Source: Vicinamibacteria bacterium (GTDB lineage Bacteria; Acidobacteriota; Vicinamibacteria; Marinacidobacterales; Marinacidobacteraceae). Taken from it: a DNA stretch of 64,000 bases. Shown piece after piece: positions 46,603 through 57,032 of this stretch. The notes beneath the pieces were generated by a model that ran no database searches, had not been told where the DNA came from, and saw only the letters and a program-made list of their open reading frames with translations. The DNA lies in NCBI GenBank assembly GCA_964291235.2, contig OZ219815.1:416001-480000 (forward strand), written 5' to 3'. Position numbers and translations under genes: made by a program. Each line of letters opens with the position of its first letter. Position 1 is the stretch's first letter.

Positions 46603-48648
46603 ATGCGGATCGCGACGGACGTCGGGGGCACGTTCACAGATCTCGTCGGTTACGAGCTTGACGACCGCGGGAGGGTTGCCCGGCTGGTCACGCACAAGGT
46701 GGACAGCACGCCCCCCGCCTTCGAGCGCGGCGTTCTGGAGGCAACGGGGACCGTCGACGCCCAGGCGGTTCGGTTCTTCGCGCACGGAAGCACGGTCGTC
46801 ATCAACGCGCTCCTGTCCCGCCAGGGGGCGAAGACCGCGCTCATCACCACCCGCGGCTTCCGCGACGTCCTGGAGATTGCCCGAGGGAATCGGCCGGACC
46901 TCTTCAACTTCGCCTTTCGGAAACCACGTCCCTTCGTGCCGCGGCGCCTGCGACGCGAGATCGACGAGCGCACGGATGCCGAGGGCCGCGTGGTCGAGCC
47001 GCCCGCGCTCGCAGGACTCCGGGAGGTCGTGGCCGGCTTCCGCGAAGCGGGCGTCGAGGCGATCGCCGTCTGCCTGCTCCACGCCTACGCGAATGACGCC
47101 AACGAGCGCGCCGTCGGAGCGGAACTCCGCCGCCTCTGGCCGGAGGTGTCCATCGCGCTGTCGTCCGACATCTGCCGCGAGTGGCGCGAGTACGAGCGGA
47201 CGAGCACGACGGTCCTGTCGGCATTCGTCCAACCGGTGACCAGCCGCTACCTCGATTCGCTCGCGACCGGGCTTTCCGCGCAGGGTCTTTCGGTGACGCC
47301 CTTCATGCTGCAATCGAACGGCGGCGCCACGACGGTCGCGGCCGCCGCGCGCAACCCCGTCTCGATGGTGGAGTCCGGACCCGCGAGCGGGGTCCTCGGG
47401 GCCATCGAACTCGGCAGGGCGCTGGGCGAGTCGGACCTCGCGACCATCGACATCGGCGGCACCACGGCGAAATGCGCACTGGTCCCGGGACTCGAGCCCC
47501 GAGTGACGACCGACTATTTCATCGAGAAGACGTCAACCGAGCCGGGCTACCCGATCAAGACTCCGGTCATCGAGATCGTCGAGATCGGCAGCGGGGGCGG
47601 CAGCATCGCCTCGATCGACGCCGGCGGGAGACTCCGGGTCGGGCCGGAGAGCGCCGGCGCGGTGCCGGGACCGGCGGTCTACGGGCGCGGGGGCGACCAG
47701 CCGACAACGACCGATGCAAATGTCCTGACTGGCCGTATCGACGCCGCCAATCTGCTCGGTGGACGCATTGCGGGAGACCTCCAGCGCGCCCGACGTGCCT
47801 TCGCCCCCCTCGCCGACACCTTCGGCGTCACCGCCAGTGTGCTCGCGAGCGGGGTGCTGCGCATCGCGAACGCCGACATGGCGACCGCGCTCAAGCTGGT
47901 TTCGATCGACAAGGGATACGACCCCCGCGATTTCACCCTGGTGGCCTTCGGCGGCGGCGGCGCCCTTCACGCGGTCGCCCTCGGCGAAGCGCTGCGCTTT
48001 CGGAAGGTCATCGTTCCCCGGAACCCGGCGGTGTTCTCGGCGTGGGGCATGCTCGTCACGGACCTCCGCCGCGACTTCGTCCGCACCCGCATCACCCCGC
48101 TCGACGAATCCACGGCGCCGGTCCTTTCGGCGGCGTTCGCCGCCCTTGAATCGGACGCCCTGGACGAGGTCGGGCGCGACAGTCCCGACATCGAACTCAC
48201 CTGCTCCCGCTACGCCGACCTGCGCTATCGGGGCCAGGAGCACACGGTCAAGATTCCGTTTCCGAACGGGATCGCCGCCGCGCTCGAGAGCTTCCACGAG
48301 GCGCACGAACGCGCCTACACCTATCGCCTCGACCAGAGCGTCGAACTCGTCAACCTTCACGTCACGGTTCGGGGCGCTCTGGGAGGCGCGCAGCAGCCTC
48401 CGCTTCCACCAGGTGGTTCCTCTGTCGAGGACGCCCGCACCGGCACCAGGACCGTCGACTTCGATGAGGAAGGCCGCCACGAAACGGCGATCTACCGGCG
48501 CGCGCCGCTCCTTCCGGGAGCGGAGATCTCCGGTCCCGCGATCATCGAGGAGGAGGCGTCGACCTGCGTCCTCCCGCCCCGCCGCCTGGCCCGCGTCGAC
48601 AACTACGGGCATCTGCACCTGACTCTCGACCAGGGGAGCGCCCCGTGA
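46603..48648 (+). CDS. Hydantoinase A / oxoprolinase family (ATP-binding subunit)
   Basis: DVGGTFTD, ESGPASG, DIGGTT, VGPESAGA.PGP, FGGGG.LH. Confidence 0.93.
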   Translation: MRIATDVGGTFTDLVGYELDDRGRVARLVTHKVDSTPPAFERGVLEATGTVDAQAVRFFAHGSTVVINALLSRQGAKTALITTRGFRDVLEIARGNRPDLFNFAFRKPRPFVPRRLRREIDERTDAEGRVVEPPALAGLREVVAGFREAGVEAIAVCLLHAYANDANERAVGAELRRLWPEVSIALSSDICREWREYERTSTTVLSAFVQPVTSRYLDSLATGLSAQGLSVTPFMLQSNGGATTVAAAARNPVSMVESGPASGVLGAIELGRALGESDLATIDIGGTTAKCALVPGLEPRVTTDYFIEKTSTEPGYPIKTPVIEIVEIGSGGGSIASIDAGGRLRVGPESAGAVPGPAVYGRGGDQPTTTDANVLTGRIDAANLLGGRIAGDLQRARRAFAPLADTFGVTASVLASGVLRIANADMATALKLVSIDKGYDPRDFTLVAFGGGGALHAVALGEALRFRKVIVPRNPAVFSAWGMLVTDLRRDFVRTRITPLDESTAPVLSAAFAALESDALDEVGRDSPDIELTCSRYADLRYRGQEHTVKIPFPNGIAAALESFHEAHERAYTYRLDQSVELVNLHVTVRGALGGAQQPPLPPGGSSVEDARTGTRTVDFDEEGRHETAIYRRAPLLPGAEISGPAIIEEEASTCVLPPRRLARVDNYGHLHLTLDQGSAP

Positions 48649-50312
48649 CCCCGGACGCCTTCACCAGGGAAGTCATCCACCGCGCCCTCGGCGCCGTGGG
48701 CGAAGAGATCTTCGCCGCGCTCAAGCGGACGAGCATGAGCCCGATCATCTACGAGACGCTCGACTGCGCGGTCGGCATCACCGACGCCCGGGGCGAGATC
48801 CTCTCGCAGGGGAACGGCGTCATCACCTTCCTCGGGACGCTGGATGCGGCGGTGCGCAACACGCTCGACAGGTTCGACGGCGACATCGAACCCGGCGACC
48901 TGTTCATCACGAACGACCCGTATGAGGGCGGAGGCACGCACCTCTCCGACGTGACGCTCGTCCTGCCCGTATTCCACGAGGAGCGACTCGTTGCGTTCGT
49001 CGCCAACAAGGCGCACTGGACTGAGGTCGGAGGGATGGCGCCCGGCAGCTTCACGACGGATTCGACCGAGGTCTATCAGGAAGGACTGCAGTGCCCCCTC
49101 GTCAAGCTAATGGAGCGCGGCAAGATCAACGGCGCGCTCCTCGAACTCATCCGCGCCAACGTCCGCCTGCCCGACCAGACGCTCGGCGACCTCTGGGCCG
49201 GGGTCGCCGCGAACCGGGTCGGCGAGGCGCGCGTGCTCGAACTGTTCGGGCGCTACGGCACGGGCACCATGCTGGACGCCATGGAGAGCCTGCTCGACTA
49301 CGGAGAGCGGATGGTGCTCGCCGAGCTGAAGCGCCTTCCCAAGGGGACGTTCCGGGCGAGCGATTCGATCGGCGGAGACGGTCTCGGAGGCGGGCCGTAT
49401 CACGTCGAAGCCGCGGTGACGATCGACGACGACCGGTTCACGATCGATTTCACCGGCACGGATCCCCAGGCCGCGGGCTCCATCAACACGACCCGGACCG
49501 GCATGGAGTCCCGCGCCCGCGGCATCTTTCGCGCGATCACCGCACCGCACCTCGCGACGAATGGCGGGATGTTCCGGCCGCTTCGCGTCACCGCTCCGGA
49601 TGGAACCCTCTTCACGGCCCAGCGGCCAGCGCCCACCTCGACCTACTGGGAGTCGGGCGGCTTCGTCATCGACCTGGTCTGGAAGGCGCTCGCGCCGCAC
49701 GTGCCGGACCGGCTGCCGGCCGGCTCGTTCCTCTCGGTGTGCGCCACGATCCTCAAGGTGGAGGACCCCGACTCCGGCGGCCTGAGCCTGCTCGTCGAGC
49801 CGCTCGCCGGAGGCTGGGGCGCGGGTTGCGGCAAGGACGGGGAGAGCGGCCAGTTCTGCCCGGGGAACGGCGACACCTACAACATTCCCGCGGAAGTGAC
49901 CGAAAAACGCCACCCGGTGCGCGTCCGCCGCTACGGCTTCCACACCGAGGACGGCGGCGCCGGCAGGTACCGGGGCGGGAAGGGCGTCGTCCTCGACTAC
50001 GAGATCGACTCGGAGAACGCGTGGCTCACCGCGATCTTCGGACGGAACCGGTTTCCCTGCTGGGGCCTCGAGGGAGGCCAGGACGGCTCACCCAACCGCA
50101 TCGAGATCCACCGGAAGGGCGGCCGGATCGAGCACCACGGCAGCGTCACGCGCCTGCCGGTCGCGAAGGGCGACGTCGTCCGGCTCATCACCGGCACCGG
50201 CGGCGGCTTCGGCGACCCGCGCGAGCGCCCGCGGGCGCTGGTTGCCGAGGACCTCAGGAACGGCTACGTCACCGAGCGCCAGGCTCGTGAACACTACGGA
50301 TACTCGCCGTGA
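48645..50312 (+). CDS. Hydantoinase B / oxoprolinase family
   Basis: NDPYEGGGTHLSD, KAHW.EVGG..PGS, TGGGFGDP. Confidence 0.93.
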   Translation: MTPDAFTREVIHRALGAVGEEIFAALKRTSMSPIIYETLDCAVGITDARGEILSQGNGVITFLGTLDAAVRNTLDRFDGDIEPGDLFITNDPYEGGGTHLSDVTLVLPVFHEERLVAFVANKAHWTEVGGMAPGSFTTDSTEVYQEGLQCPLVKLMERGKINGALLELIRANVRLPDQTLGDLWAGVAANRVGEARVLELFGRYGTGTMLDAMESLLDYGERMVLAELKRLPKGTFRASDSIGGDGLGGGPYHVEAAVTIDDDRFTIDFTGTDPQAAGSINTTRTGMESRARGIFRAITAPHLATNGGMFRPLRVTAPDGTLFTAQRPAPTSTYWESGGFVIDLVWKALAPHVPDRLPAGSFLSVCATILKVEDPDSGGLSLLVEPLAGGWGAGCGKDGESGQFCPGNGDTYNIPAEVTEKRHPVRVRRYGFHTEDGGAGRYRGGKGVVLDYEIDSENAWLTAIFGRNRFPCWGLEGGQDGSPNRIEIHRKGGRIEHHGSVTRLPVAKGDVVRLITGTGGGFGDPRERPRALVAEDLRNGYVTERQAREHYGYSP

Positions 50313-51037
50313 AGATTCTCTACATCCGACCGGTCGCCGACTCCGGCCAGGCAGCCGAGATGGAAGCCGTCCTGAAACGCACCGCCCGGGCGGGGACCGC
50401 CGTTTCCTTGAGGTCGCTGCCTCCGGACCGGCCCCGTCACCTGGAATACCACTCCTACGAGGCCATCGCCGTGGCCGATATCGTGCGAATCGTGCGCGCC
50501 TCCCGTAGCGACTACGACGCCGTCGTGCTCGGCGGGTTCTACGACATGGGGCTGCGCGCCGCGCGAGAGGTCTCCGGACCGGCGATCGTCACCGCGCCCT
50601 GCGAGTCCTCGACCGCGATCGCCCGGGCGCTGGGCCGCCGGTTTTCGATCCTCGTCGGGCGGAGGAAGTGGATCCCTAAGATGTCTGACCTCGTGCGGAG
50701 TTACGGGCATAAGGACGCGATGGCGTCGATGCGGGCCATCGGGCTGGGGGTCGAGGCGATCCGCACGGACCCGGAACTCGCACACGCCCGGCTCCGCGAG
50801 GAGGCGCGGCGCGCCATCGACGAGGACGGCGCGGAGGTGCTGATCCTCGGGTGCACCGCGAAGTACGGCTTTCACGAGGAACTCACAAGGGAGCTCGGAG
50901 CACCCGTGATCGACTCCATGATCGCGGCGCTCAAGTACGCGGAGATGCTCGCCGGGACGTGGTCGCCCAGCCGGCTCGGGGGATCCGAGCCGCCTCCCGA
51001 GGCCGAGATCGACGCGTGGGGTCTCTTCCGATCGTGA
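50309..51037 (+). CDS. Asp/Glu/hydantoin racemase-family protein (first Cys replaced by Gly)
   Basis: DAVVLGGFYDMGL..ARE, EDGAEVLILGCT, PVID. Confidence 0.85.
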   Translation: MKILYIRPVADSGQAAEMEAVLKRTARAGTAVSLRSLPPDRPRHLEYHSYEAIAVADIVRIVRASRSDYDAVVLGGFYDMGLRAAREVSGPAIVTAPCESSTAIARALGRRFSILVGRRKWIPKMSDLVRSYGHKDAMASMRAIGLGVEAIRTDPELAHARLREEARRAIDEDGAEVLILGCTAKYGFHEELTRELGAPVIDSMIAALKYAEMLAGTWSPSRLGGSEPPPEAEIDAWGLFRS

Positions 51038-52566
51038 CCGATCCCGAGCTTCCCACCACGGAGGAGGTGCGGAGGCTCGGCGAGGCCTTCGGAATGACCC
51101 TCTCCGAAGCGGAAGCCGCGTCCTACCGCGAGATGATGCGGGGCTTCCTCCACTCGTGCGGGCGCCTGGACGAACTCCCCGAGCCCAAGCCGGCGGTCAA
51201 GTATCCGCGCGGTCCGGTCCGGCGGCCCACGGCCGAAGAGAACCCGTATTGCGCCTGGACGGTCCGGACTCACATCGAAGGCGCGTCCGAGGGGCCGCTT
51301 CGCGGCATGCGCGTCGGGGTGAAGGACACCATCTGCGTCGCCGGGGTTCCCATGCACGCGGGGTCGCGCATCGTCCACGGCTTCGTTCCCGATGTCGACG
51401 CGACAATCATCACCCGGCTGCTCGACGCGGGAGCGGTCATCGCGGGCAAGACCGCGTCCGCAGCCGGGGTGGGCACCGAGGACGGCGAGTTCGCGACGGT
51501 GCGTAATCCGAGAAAGCCGACGCACGCCCCGGGAGGATCCTCGACGGGAAGCGCCGCGGCGCTGGCGGCGGGGGACGTCGAACTGGCCCTCGGAGCGGAC
51601 CAGGGCGGCTCGATCCGGATTCCCGCGGCGTGGAGCGGGGTCTGCGGCCTGAAGCCCACCTACGGGCTCGTCCCCTACACCGGCGTCATTTCGAACGAGA
51701 TGACGATGACCCACCCCGGCCCGATGGCGAATACGGTGCGGAACGTGGCCCGGATGCTCTCCGCAATTGCCGGACCCGATCCGCTGGACCCCCGCACCCG
51801 GGGCGTGAACCCACCGACCACGGACTACGCGGCCGGCCTCGACCGCGGCGTCTCCCCCCTCCGCATCGGCGTCGTCCGCGAAGGATTCGGCCAAAACCCC
51901 TGGGACGACATCGGCCTCGTCGGTAGCGAGCCGGTGGTGGACGAGAAGGTGCGGGCGGCGGCCGAACGCCTCCAGGCGGCCGGGGCGCACGTCGGGGAAG
52001 TCTCCATTCCCATGCACACGGACGGCGTCCACATCTTCTACGCGCTCTACAACGAGGGAAACGCCTACCAGTACCGCCGCTCCAACATCGGCACCAACTG
52101 GCTGGGCTTCTACAACACGAAGCTCCTCGAGCGGAAGGGCTGGCGCGACGATCCCGACGCGCTGTCGCCATCGGCGAAGTCGATGCTGCTCACCGCGGAA
52201 TACCTGGAACGGCGCTACCGGGGGCGCTACTACGCCAAGGCCCAGAACGTGCGCCGCGCCCTCGTCGCCGCCTATGACGAAGTGCTGGAAAGCTACGACG
52301 TTCTCATGATGCCGACGGTGCCGTGCCGCGCCACCCCGATTCCGGCCGGGGAGGTGTCTCCCCGGGAGAGCGTGCGGTTCGCGATGCAGATGATCAACAA
52401 CACCTGCCAGTTCGGGGTGACGGGGCACCCGGCGATGAGCGTTCCGTGCGGCGTCTTCGAGGACCTCCCCATCGGGGCGATGATCGTCGGCAAGCACCTC
52501 GACGAGGCGACCGTGCTGCGGGTGGCGAACGCGGTCGAGGCGAGCGGCGACTGGCAGACGCTTTGA
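51034..52566 (+). CDS. Amidase-signature family amidase
   Basis: VGVKD, PGGSSTGS, DQGGSIRIP, GLKPTYGLVP. Confidence 0.93.
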   Translation: MTDPELPTTEEVRRLGEAFGMTLSEAEAASYREMMRGFLHSCGRLDELPEPKPAVKYPRGPVRRPTAEENPYCAWTVRTHIEGASEGPLRGMRVGVKDTICVAGVPMHAGSRIVHGFVPDVDATIITRLLDAGAVIAGKTASAAGVGTEDGEFATVRNPRKPTHAPGGSSTGSAAALAAGDVELALGADQGGSIRIPAAWSGVCGLKPTYGLVPYTGVISNEMTMTHPGPMANTVRNVARMLSAIAGPDPLDPRTRGVNPPTTDYAAGLDRGVSPLRIGVVREGFGQNPWDDIGLVGSEPVVDEKVRAAAERLQAAGAHVGEVSIPMHTDGVHIFYALYNEGNAYQYRRSNIGTNWLGFYNTKLLERKGWRDDPDALSPSAKSMLLTAEYLERRYRGRYYAKAQNVRRALVAAYDEVLESYDVLMMPTVPCRATPIPAGEVSPRESVRFAMQMINNTCQFGVTGHPAMSVPCGVFEDLPIGAMIVGKHLDEATVLRVANAVEASGDWQTL

Positions 52567-53579
52567 GCCGGCGGCTTCTGCACCGACTGATCGGCGGCGC
52601 GTTCGTCGTCATCGGCGTCTCGATCCTCATCTTCGTCCTCGCCCGGGTGGTACCGGGTGACCCGGCTCGCCTCGCGCTCGGGCCGGCGGCGACTCCCGAT
52701 CAGGTGGAGGCGCTCCGCGGGCGGCTCGGGCTCGATGAACCCGTCACCGTCCAGTACGCGCGCTATGTGCGCCAGGCGCTCGCCGGCGACTTCGGGATCT
52801 CGCTCTACACCGGCCGCGCGGTGTCCGCGGACGTCCGGAACACCTTTCCCGCCACGCTCGAGCTCGTCCTCTTCGCCATGCTCCTGGTGGCCGGCTTCGG
52901 CGTCTGGTTCGGGGTGACCTCCGGGATGCGGCCCGGGTCCTGGCGCGATCAGGGATTGCGCCTCCTGTCCGTGATCTGCGTGACCACGCCCACCTTCGTC
53001 TGGGCGGTCGCGTTCATGCTGGTCTTCGGTTTCTGGCTCGAACTCTTCCCCATCGCCGGCCGTCTCTCCGAAGCGCTGCTCCCGCCCGACCGCGTGACTG
53101 GCCTCTTTGTCGCCGACGCCCTCCTCGCGGGACAGTGGCTCCACGCGGCGGATGCCCTTCACCACCTGGTCCTGCCGGGGATCGCGCTGTCGCTCCCCGC
53201 GCTCGGCCAGACCGCGCGCATCATGCGGGCCAGCATGGTGGACACCGTCTCCACGCCGTACATCGAGTTCGCGCGCGCCTCCGGAGTCCCGGAGCGGACC
53301 ATCGCCTTCAAGTACGCGCTCCGGCCGGCTTCAATACCCGTGTTGACCATTCTCGGCCTCGAGCTGGTGGCGCTGATGGGAAACGCCTTCCTGGTCGAGA
53401 GAGTCTTCAGTTGGCCTGGTCTCGCGCGCTACGGCGTGGACACGATCCTCTACAAGGACCTGAACGGGATGATGGCGACGGTGCTCGTCATGACACTGCT
53501 GTTCGTCGTCGTCAACGCCTTGATCGACGTCGTCGTCGCCTTCGTGGATCCCCGGATCCGGTTCCGAGCCGAGTCATGA
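52563..53579 (+). CDS. Peptide/nickel ABC permease (DppB-like)
   Basis: PGDPA, GLD.P...QY, PATLEL, VE.VFSWPGL, DPRIR; TTGA overlap. Confidence 0.93.
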   Translation: MSRRLLHRLIGGAFVVIGVSILIFVLARVVPGDPARLALGPAATPDQVEALRGRLGLDEPVTVQYARYVRQALAGDFGISLYTGRAVSADVRNTFPATLELVLFAMLLVAGFGVWFGVTSGMRPGSWRDQGLRLLSVICVTTPTFVWAVAFMLVFGFWLELFPIAGRLSEALLPPDRVTGLFVADALLAGQWLHAADALHHLVLPGIALSLPALGQTARIMRASMVDTVSTPYIEFARASGVPERTIAFKYALRPASIPVLTILGLELVALMGNAFLVERVFSWPGLARYGVDTILYKDLNGMMATVLVMTLLFVVVNALIDVVVAFVDPRIRFRAES

Positions 53580-54388
53580 GCCGAAGCGCGCTCTGCGGCG
53601 CCGCAATCGTGGGCGGCCTCCTGGCCGCTGCCGTCCTCGCCCCGTGGCTGGCGCCGTACCCGACGCACGCGGGAACGTTCGTGGACGTCGATCTCGCCTA
53701 CCACCCTCCGAGCGCCGTCCACTTGCTCGGAACCGACGGCGTGGGGCGGGATCTCCTCAGCCGGCTGCTGTTCGCATACCGGACATCGCTCGTCCTCGCT
53801 GGTGTGGTGCTCATCCTCGCCGTTCCCATCGGCGTCACCGCGGGTCTCGCCGCGGGCTATCTCGGCGGCTGGATCGAAACCGTCATCCTGCGGACTACCG
53901 ACATCTTTCTCGCGATCCCGTCGCTCGTCCTCGCAATGGCGATCCTGGGCCTCTTCGACCCGTCCCTGACCATGGCGATGGTCGCGGTCTCGTTCGCGTG
54001 GTGGCCCTGGTACGCGCGGCTCGTCTACAACGTCACGCGTCAGATCCGAACCGAGGGCTACGTGGGCGCGGCCGAGATCGCCGGCGCCGGGCCGCTCCGG
54101 GTGATGTTCGGGGAGATCCTGCCCAACGCGCGTGGCCCCATCCTGACGAAGATGACGCTCGACGCCGGCTTCGTGATCCTGATGGGCGCCGGCCTCTCCT
54201 TCCTCGGACTGGGGGCAGAGCCCCCGACGCCCGACCTCGGCACGATGGTGGCGGAGGGAACGGCGTTGCTGCCGGATGTTTGGTGGCCCACGGTTTTTGC
54301 AAGCCTCGCCATCGTGATCGCCGTTTTCGGCTTCAACCTGCTTGGGGACGGGATTCGGGACATCCTGGGGGCGGACGAGCCGTGCTGA
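53576..54388 (+). CDS. Peptide/nickel ABC permease (DppC-like)
   Basis: HLLGTD.VGRD, LSFLGLG..PP.PD.G, NLLGDG.RD. Confidence 0.93.
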   Translation: MSRSALCGAAIVGGLLAAAVLAPWLAPYPTHAGTFVDVDLAYHPPSAVHLLGTDGVGRDLLSRLLFAYRTSLVLAGVVLILAVPIGVTAGLAAGYLGGWIETVILRTTDIFLAIPSLVLAMAILGLFDPSLTMAMVAVSFAWWPWYARLVYNVTRQIRTEGYVGAAEIAGAGPLRVMFGEILPNARGPILTKMTLDAGFVILMGAGLSFLGLGAEPPTPDLGTMVAEGTALLPDVWWPTVFASLAIVIAVFGFNLLGDGIRDILGADEPC

Positions 54389-55155
54389 GAGTCGAGGGGC
54401 TTGAAGTCGCCTTCCGGGGCCGGAACACCGACAACCGGGTCGTTCGCGGTCTCGACCTGGACGTCGCCGCCGGGGAGCGCGTGGCGCTCGTCGGCGAATC
54501 GGGCTCCGGAAAGTCCGTCACGGCGCGGGCCATTATGGGCCTCCTGCCCAGGTCCGCCCGCGCGTCCGGCCAGATCCTCTTTCACGGAACCGATCTCCTG
54601 CAGGAAGGCCGGGACGAACTCCTGGGCTCGCGCCTGACGATGGTGTTCCAGGACCCGATGAGCGCGCTCAATCCAGTCTTCCCGGTGGAGGATCAGCTCC
54701 GCGCGGTCGCCGGCGGCGAGGAGCGGACGCGCGACCGGGGCCGCCTGGTCGCCCTGCTGCAAAGCGTCGCGATCCGGGATCCGGAGCGGGTCCTGCGGTC
54801 GTACCCGTTTCAGCTCAGCGGCGGTATGGCGCAGCGCGTCCTCCTGGCGGCGGCGCTCCTGAACGGACCGGAACTCGTCATCGCGGACGAGCCGGCGACG
54901 GCGCTCGACGCGGACATCCAGCAGAAGAGTCTCGAGCTTCTCGCCCGCCGGTCCCGCGAGGACGGTACGGCGGTGCTCCTCATCACCCACCACCTGGGTC
55001 TCGTGCGCCGCTTCGCGGAAACGATCTACGTGATGCGGGAGGGAGAGATCGTCGAGAACGGTGCGGCGCGGGAAGTGCTCCACGCGCCCGCCCACGAATA
55101 CACGAAGTCGCTGCTCGCGAGCGTGCCCCGGCTGTCGGGGGCCGCCGATGCCTGA
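54382..55155 (+). CDS. Peptide ABC ATPase (DppD-like)
   Basis: GESGSGKS, LSGGM.QR, ADEP, ITH. Confidence 0.93.
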   Translation: MLRVEGLEVAFRGRNTDNRVVRGLDLDVAAGERVALVGESGSGKSVTARAIMGLLPRSARASGQILFHGTDLLQEGRDELLGSRLTMVFQDPMSALNPVFPVEDQLRAVAGGEERTRDRGRLVALLQSVAIRDPERVLRSYPFQLSGGMAQRVLLAAALLNGPELVIADEPATALDADIQQKSLELLARRSREDGTAVLLITHHLGLVRRFAETIYVMREGEIVENGAAREVLHAPAHEYTKSLLASVPRLSGAADA

Positions 55156-56080
55156 TCTGCTCACGATCCGGGACCTCGGCAAGCGCTACGGTGAGGTCGT
55201 CGCGCTGGACGAGATTTCGCTCGGGATACCGGAAGGAGGGTCGCTCGCCGTAGTCGGCGAATCCGGCTCGGGCAAGACGACGCTCGGGCGCCTCGTCGTG
55301 GGGCTCGAGCGCCCCACTACCGGTAGCGTTCGGTTTGGGGGCGACGAGCTGGCCCCAGGGAGCCGCACCCGGGCGCAGCGGCGCGCGATTCAACTCGTCC
55401 CGCAGGACCCGCTCTCGACCCTGAATCCGAGCAAGACCGCGGGAGCGAGCGTCGCGCTGCCGCTCGTCGTGCACGGGCTCCCGCACGGACGGGCGCGCCT
55501 CGCCGAGCTCTTCGACACCGTGGGTCTCCCCGCAAGCTTCATCGATCGCTTCCCTGCCGAACTGTCCGGGGGACAGCGCCAGCGGGTCGCGATCGCCCGT
55601 GCCCTCGCTACCGAACCCCGGCTCATCGTCCTCGACGAGCCGACGGCGGCCCTCGATGTCCTGATGCAGGCGCGCGTCGTCCGCCTGCTCGAACGCCTGC
55701 GCCGGAACTTTGGCGTCGCGTACCTGTTCATCACCCACGACCTCGCGCTGGTGAGCTCCGTGGCCAGCCGGATCGCAGTGCTTTATCGGGGACGACTCGT
55801 TGAGCTCGGACCGGCCGGCTCCGTCTTCCAGTCGCCCCGCCACCGCTACACGGAGCGTCTCCTCTCAACGGTCGCCGTCGTGGACGACGCCGAAGAGCGT
55901 CTCAAGCCGCAGTGGCCGGAAGACGCGCCCGACGATCGGGAGACCGTGTCTCCGGGATGCCTCTTCCGCCCGCGCTGTCCCTACGCCGTCGCCGCGTGTG
56001 ACGAACAGCCGCCGCTCTCCGGAGAGGGAGACCACCGCCACGCCTGCGTGGCGCCCGCAGCAGGCTCGTCAGACCAGTAA
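55148..56080 (+). CDS. Peptide ABC ATPase (DppF-like)
   Basis: GESGSGKT, LSGGQRQR, DEPT, GC.F.PRC...C...HAC tail. Confidence 0.93.
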   Translation: MPDLLTIRDLGKRYGEVVALDEISLGIPEGGSLAVVGESGSGKTTLGRLVVGLERPTTGSVRFGGDELAPGSRTRAQRRAIQLVPQDPLSTLNPSKTAGASVALPLVVHGLPHGRARLAELFDTVGLPASFIDRFPAELSGGQRQRVAIARALATEPRLIVLDEPTAALDVLMQARVVRLLERLRRNFGVAYLFITHDLALVSSVASRIAVLYRGRLVELGPAGSVFQSPRHRYTERLLSTVAVVDDAEERLKPQWPEDAPDDRETVSPGCLFRPRCPYAVAACDEQPPLSGEGDHRHACVAPAAGSSDQ

Positions 56081-56195
56081 CCGGGAATGGCCCGCGGCGC
56101 TGGATGGCGGACGCCTTTCGCTCCCTGGGAGCGCCAGACGACCGCCGGTGGGGACGAAAACCGTGTACCGCCGGGCGAGAGCGGGAGGAACTCGG

Positions 56196-56762
56196 TCAGG
56201 CGGCGAACACGAAGCCGAAGACCGCGATCAACATGGTTATCAGGACACCCAAGGCTCCCCAGATCAATCGCAGTTCCCGCTGTTGCGCATCCAGCCTGGT
56301 CGCGACCACCTCCTTGAAGGTGCGCAACTCCCCGGCCAGCTCGGCGATCGCGCGGTCGCGCTCCACGGCAGCCTCGGCGAGGGCATCAATCTTCCGGTCC
56401 ATCCCGTCGAGCCGCTCGTCCATGCGGTCGAACCGCTCGTCCATGCGGTCGAAACGCTCGTCCATGCGATCGAAACGCTGGTCGCGCTCGGCAAAGAGTT
56501 GCCGCATCTCGACCAACATCGGCTGCAACTGCGTCGTCGCGTTCTCCAGGACCATCGACTGTGCTTCTTCTACCACAGTATAGGCAAGCACCGCGTCGGC
56601 GCCCGCATCGACGAGCACCCGGAAAAGCCGGCCGACAGCCGCCGGTGACGAAGCCCTCCGCTCCGGCGGTGGGGTGGCGGGATTCGGCGGTCCGGCTGAT
56701 GGGGCGGCTTCCCCGGGAGGAATGGCGGCTGGCTTCGCCGAGTCGGGCGTCGGGTCCGGCAT
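56196..56762 (-). CDS. Tail-anchored coiled-coil protein with heptad repeats
   Basis: GAGG RBS; (RMDERFD)n; C-terminal TM helix. Confidence 0.75.
   Translation of the reverse strand: MPDPTPDSAKPAAIPPGEAAPSAGPPNPATPPPERRASSPAAVGRLFRVLVDAGADAVLAYTVVEEAQSMVLENATTQLQPMLVEMRQLFAERDQRFDRMDERFDRMDERFDRMDERLDGMDRKIDALAEAAVERDRAIAELAGELRTFKEVVATRLDAQQRELRLIWGALGVLITMLIAVFGFVFAA
56398..56482 (-). repeat. 21-bp coding tandem repeat (about 4 copies)
   Basis: CGCTCGTCCATGCGGTCGAA(A/C) units. Confidence 0.85.
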
Positions 56763-57032
56763 CAGAGGTACCTCCGTCGCGATGCGGGTGCCGGAAGACC
56801 GGATGTCTTCCTTACTTCAGATCAGACGGAATTCCGGTGCAATTCGTCCCACCTCGGGTCGCAATGTGGAAAACTCGGCTTGAAGGACGACCCCACGCCG
56901 AATGGATCAACGCCTTCGGGTGCCGGATCCGATGAGACCGGGCGGCTCGGCACGGCCCGCGGCGCTACACACCGCGATGCCGGTCAGGGGCCCCACCGGG
57001 AGAACCGGACGGTGTGCCCGGTGGGGGATCCC

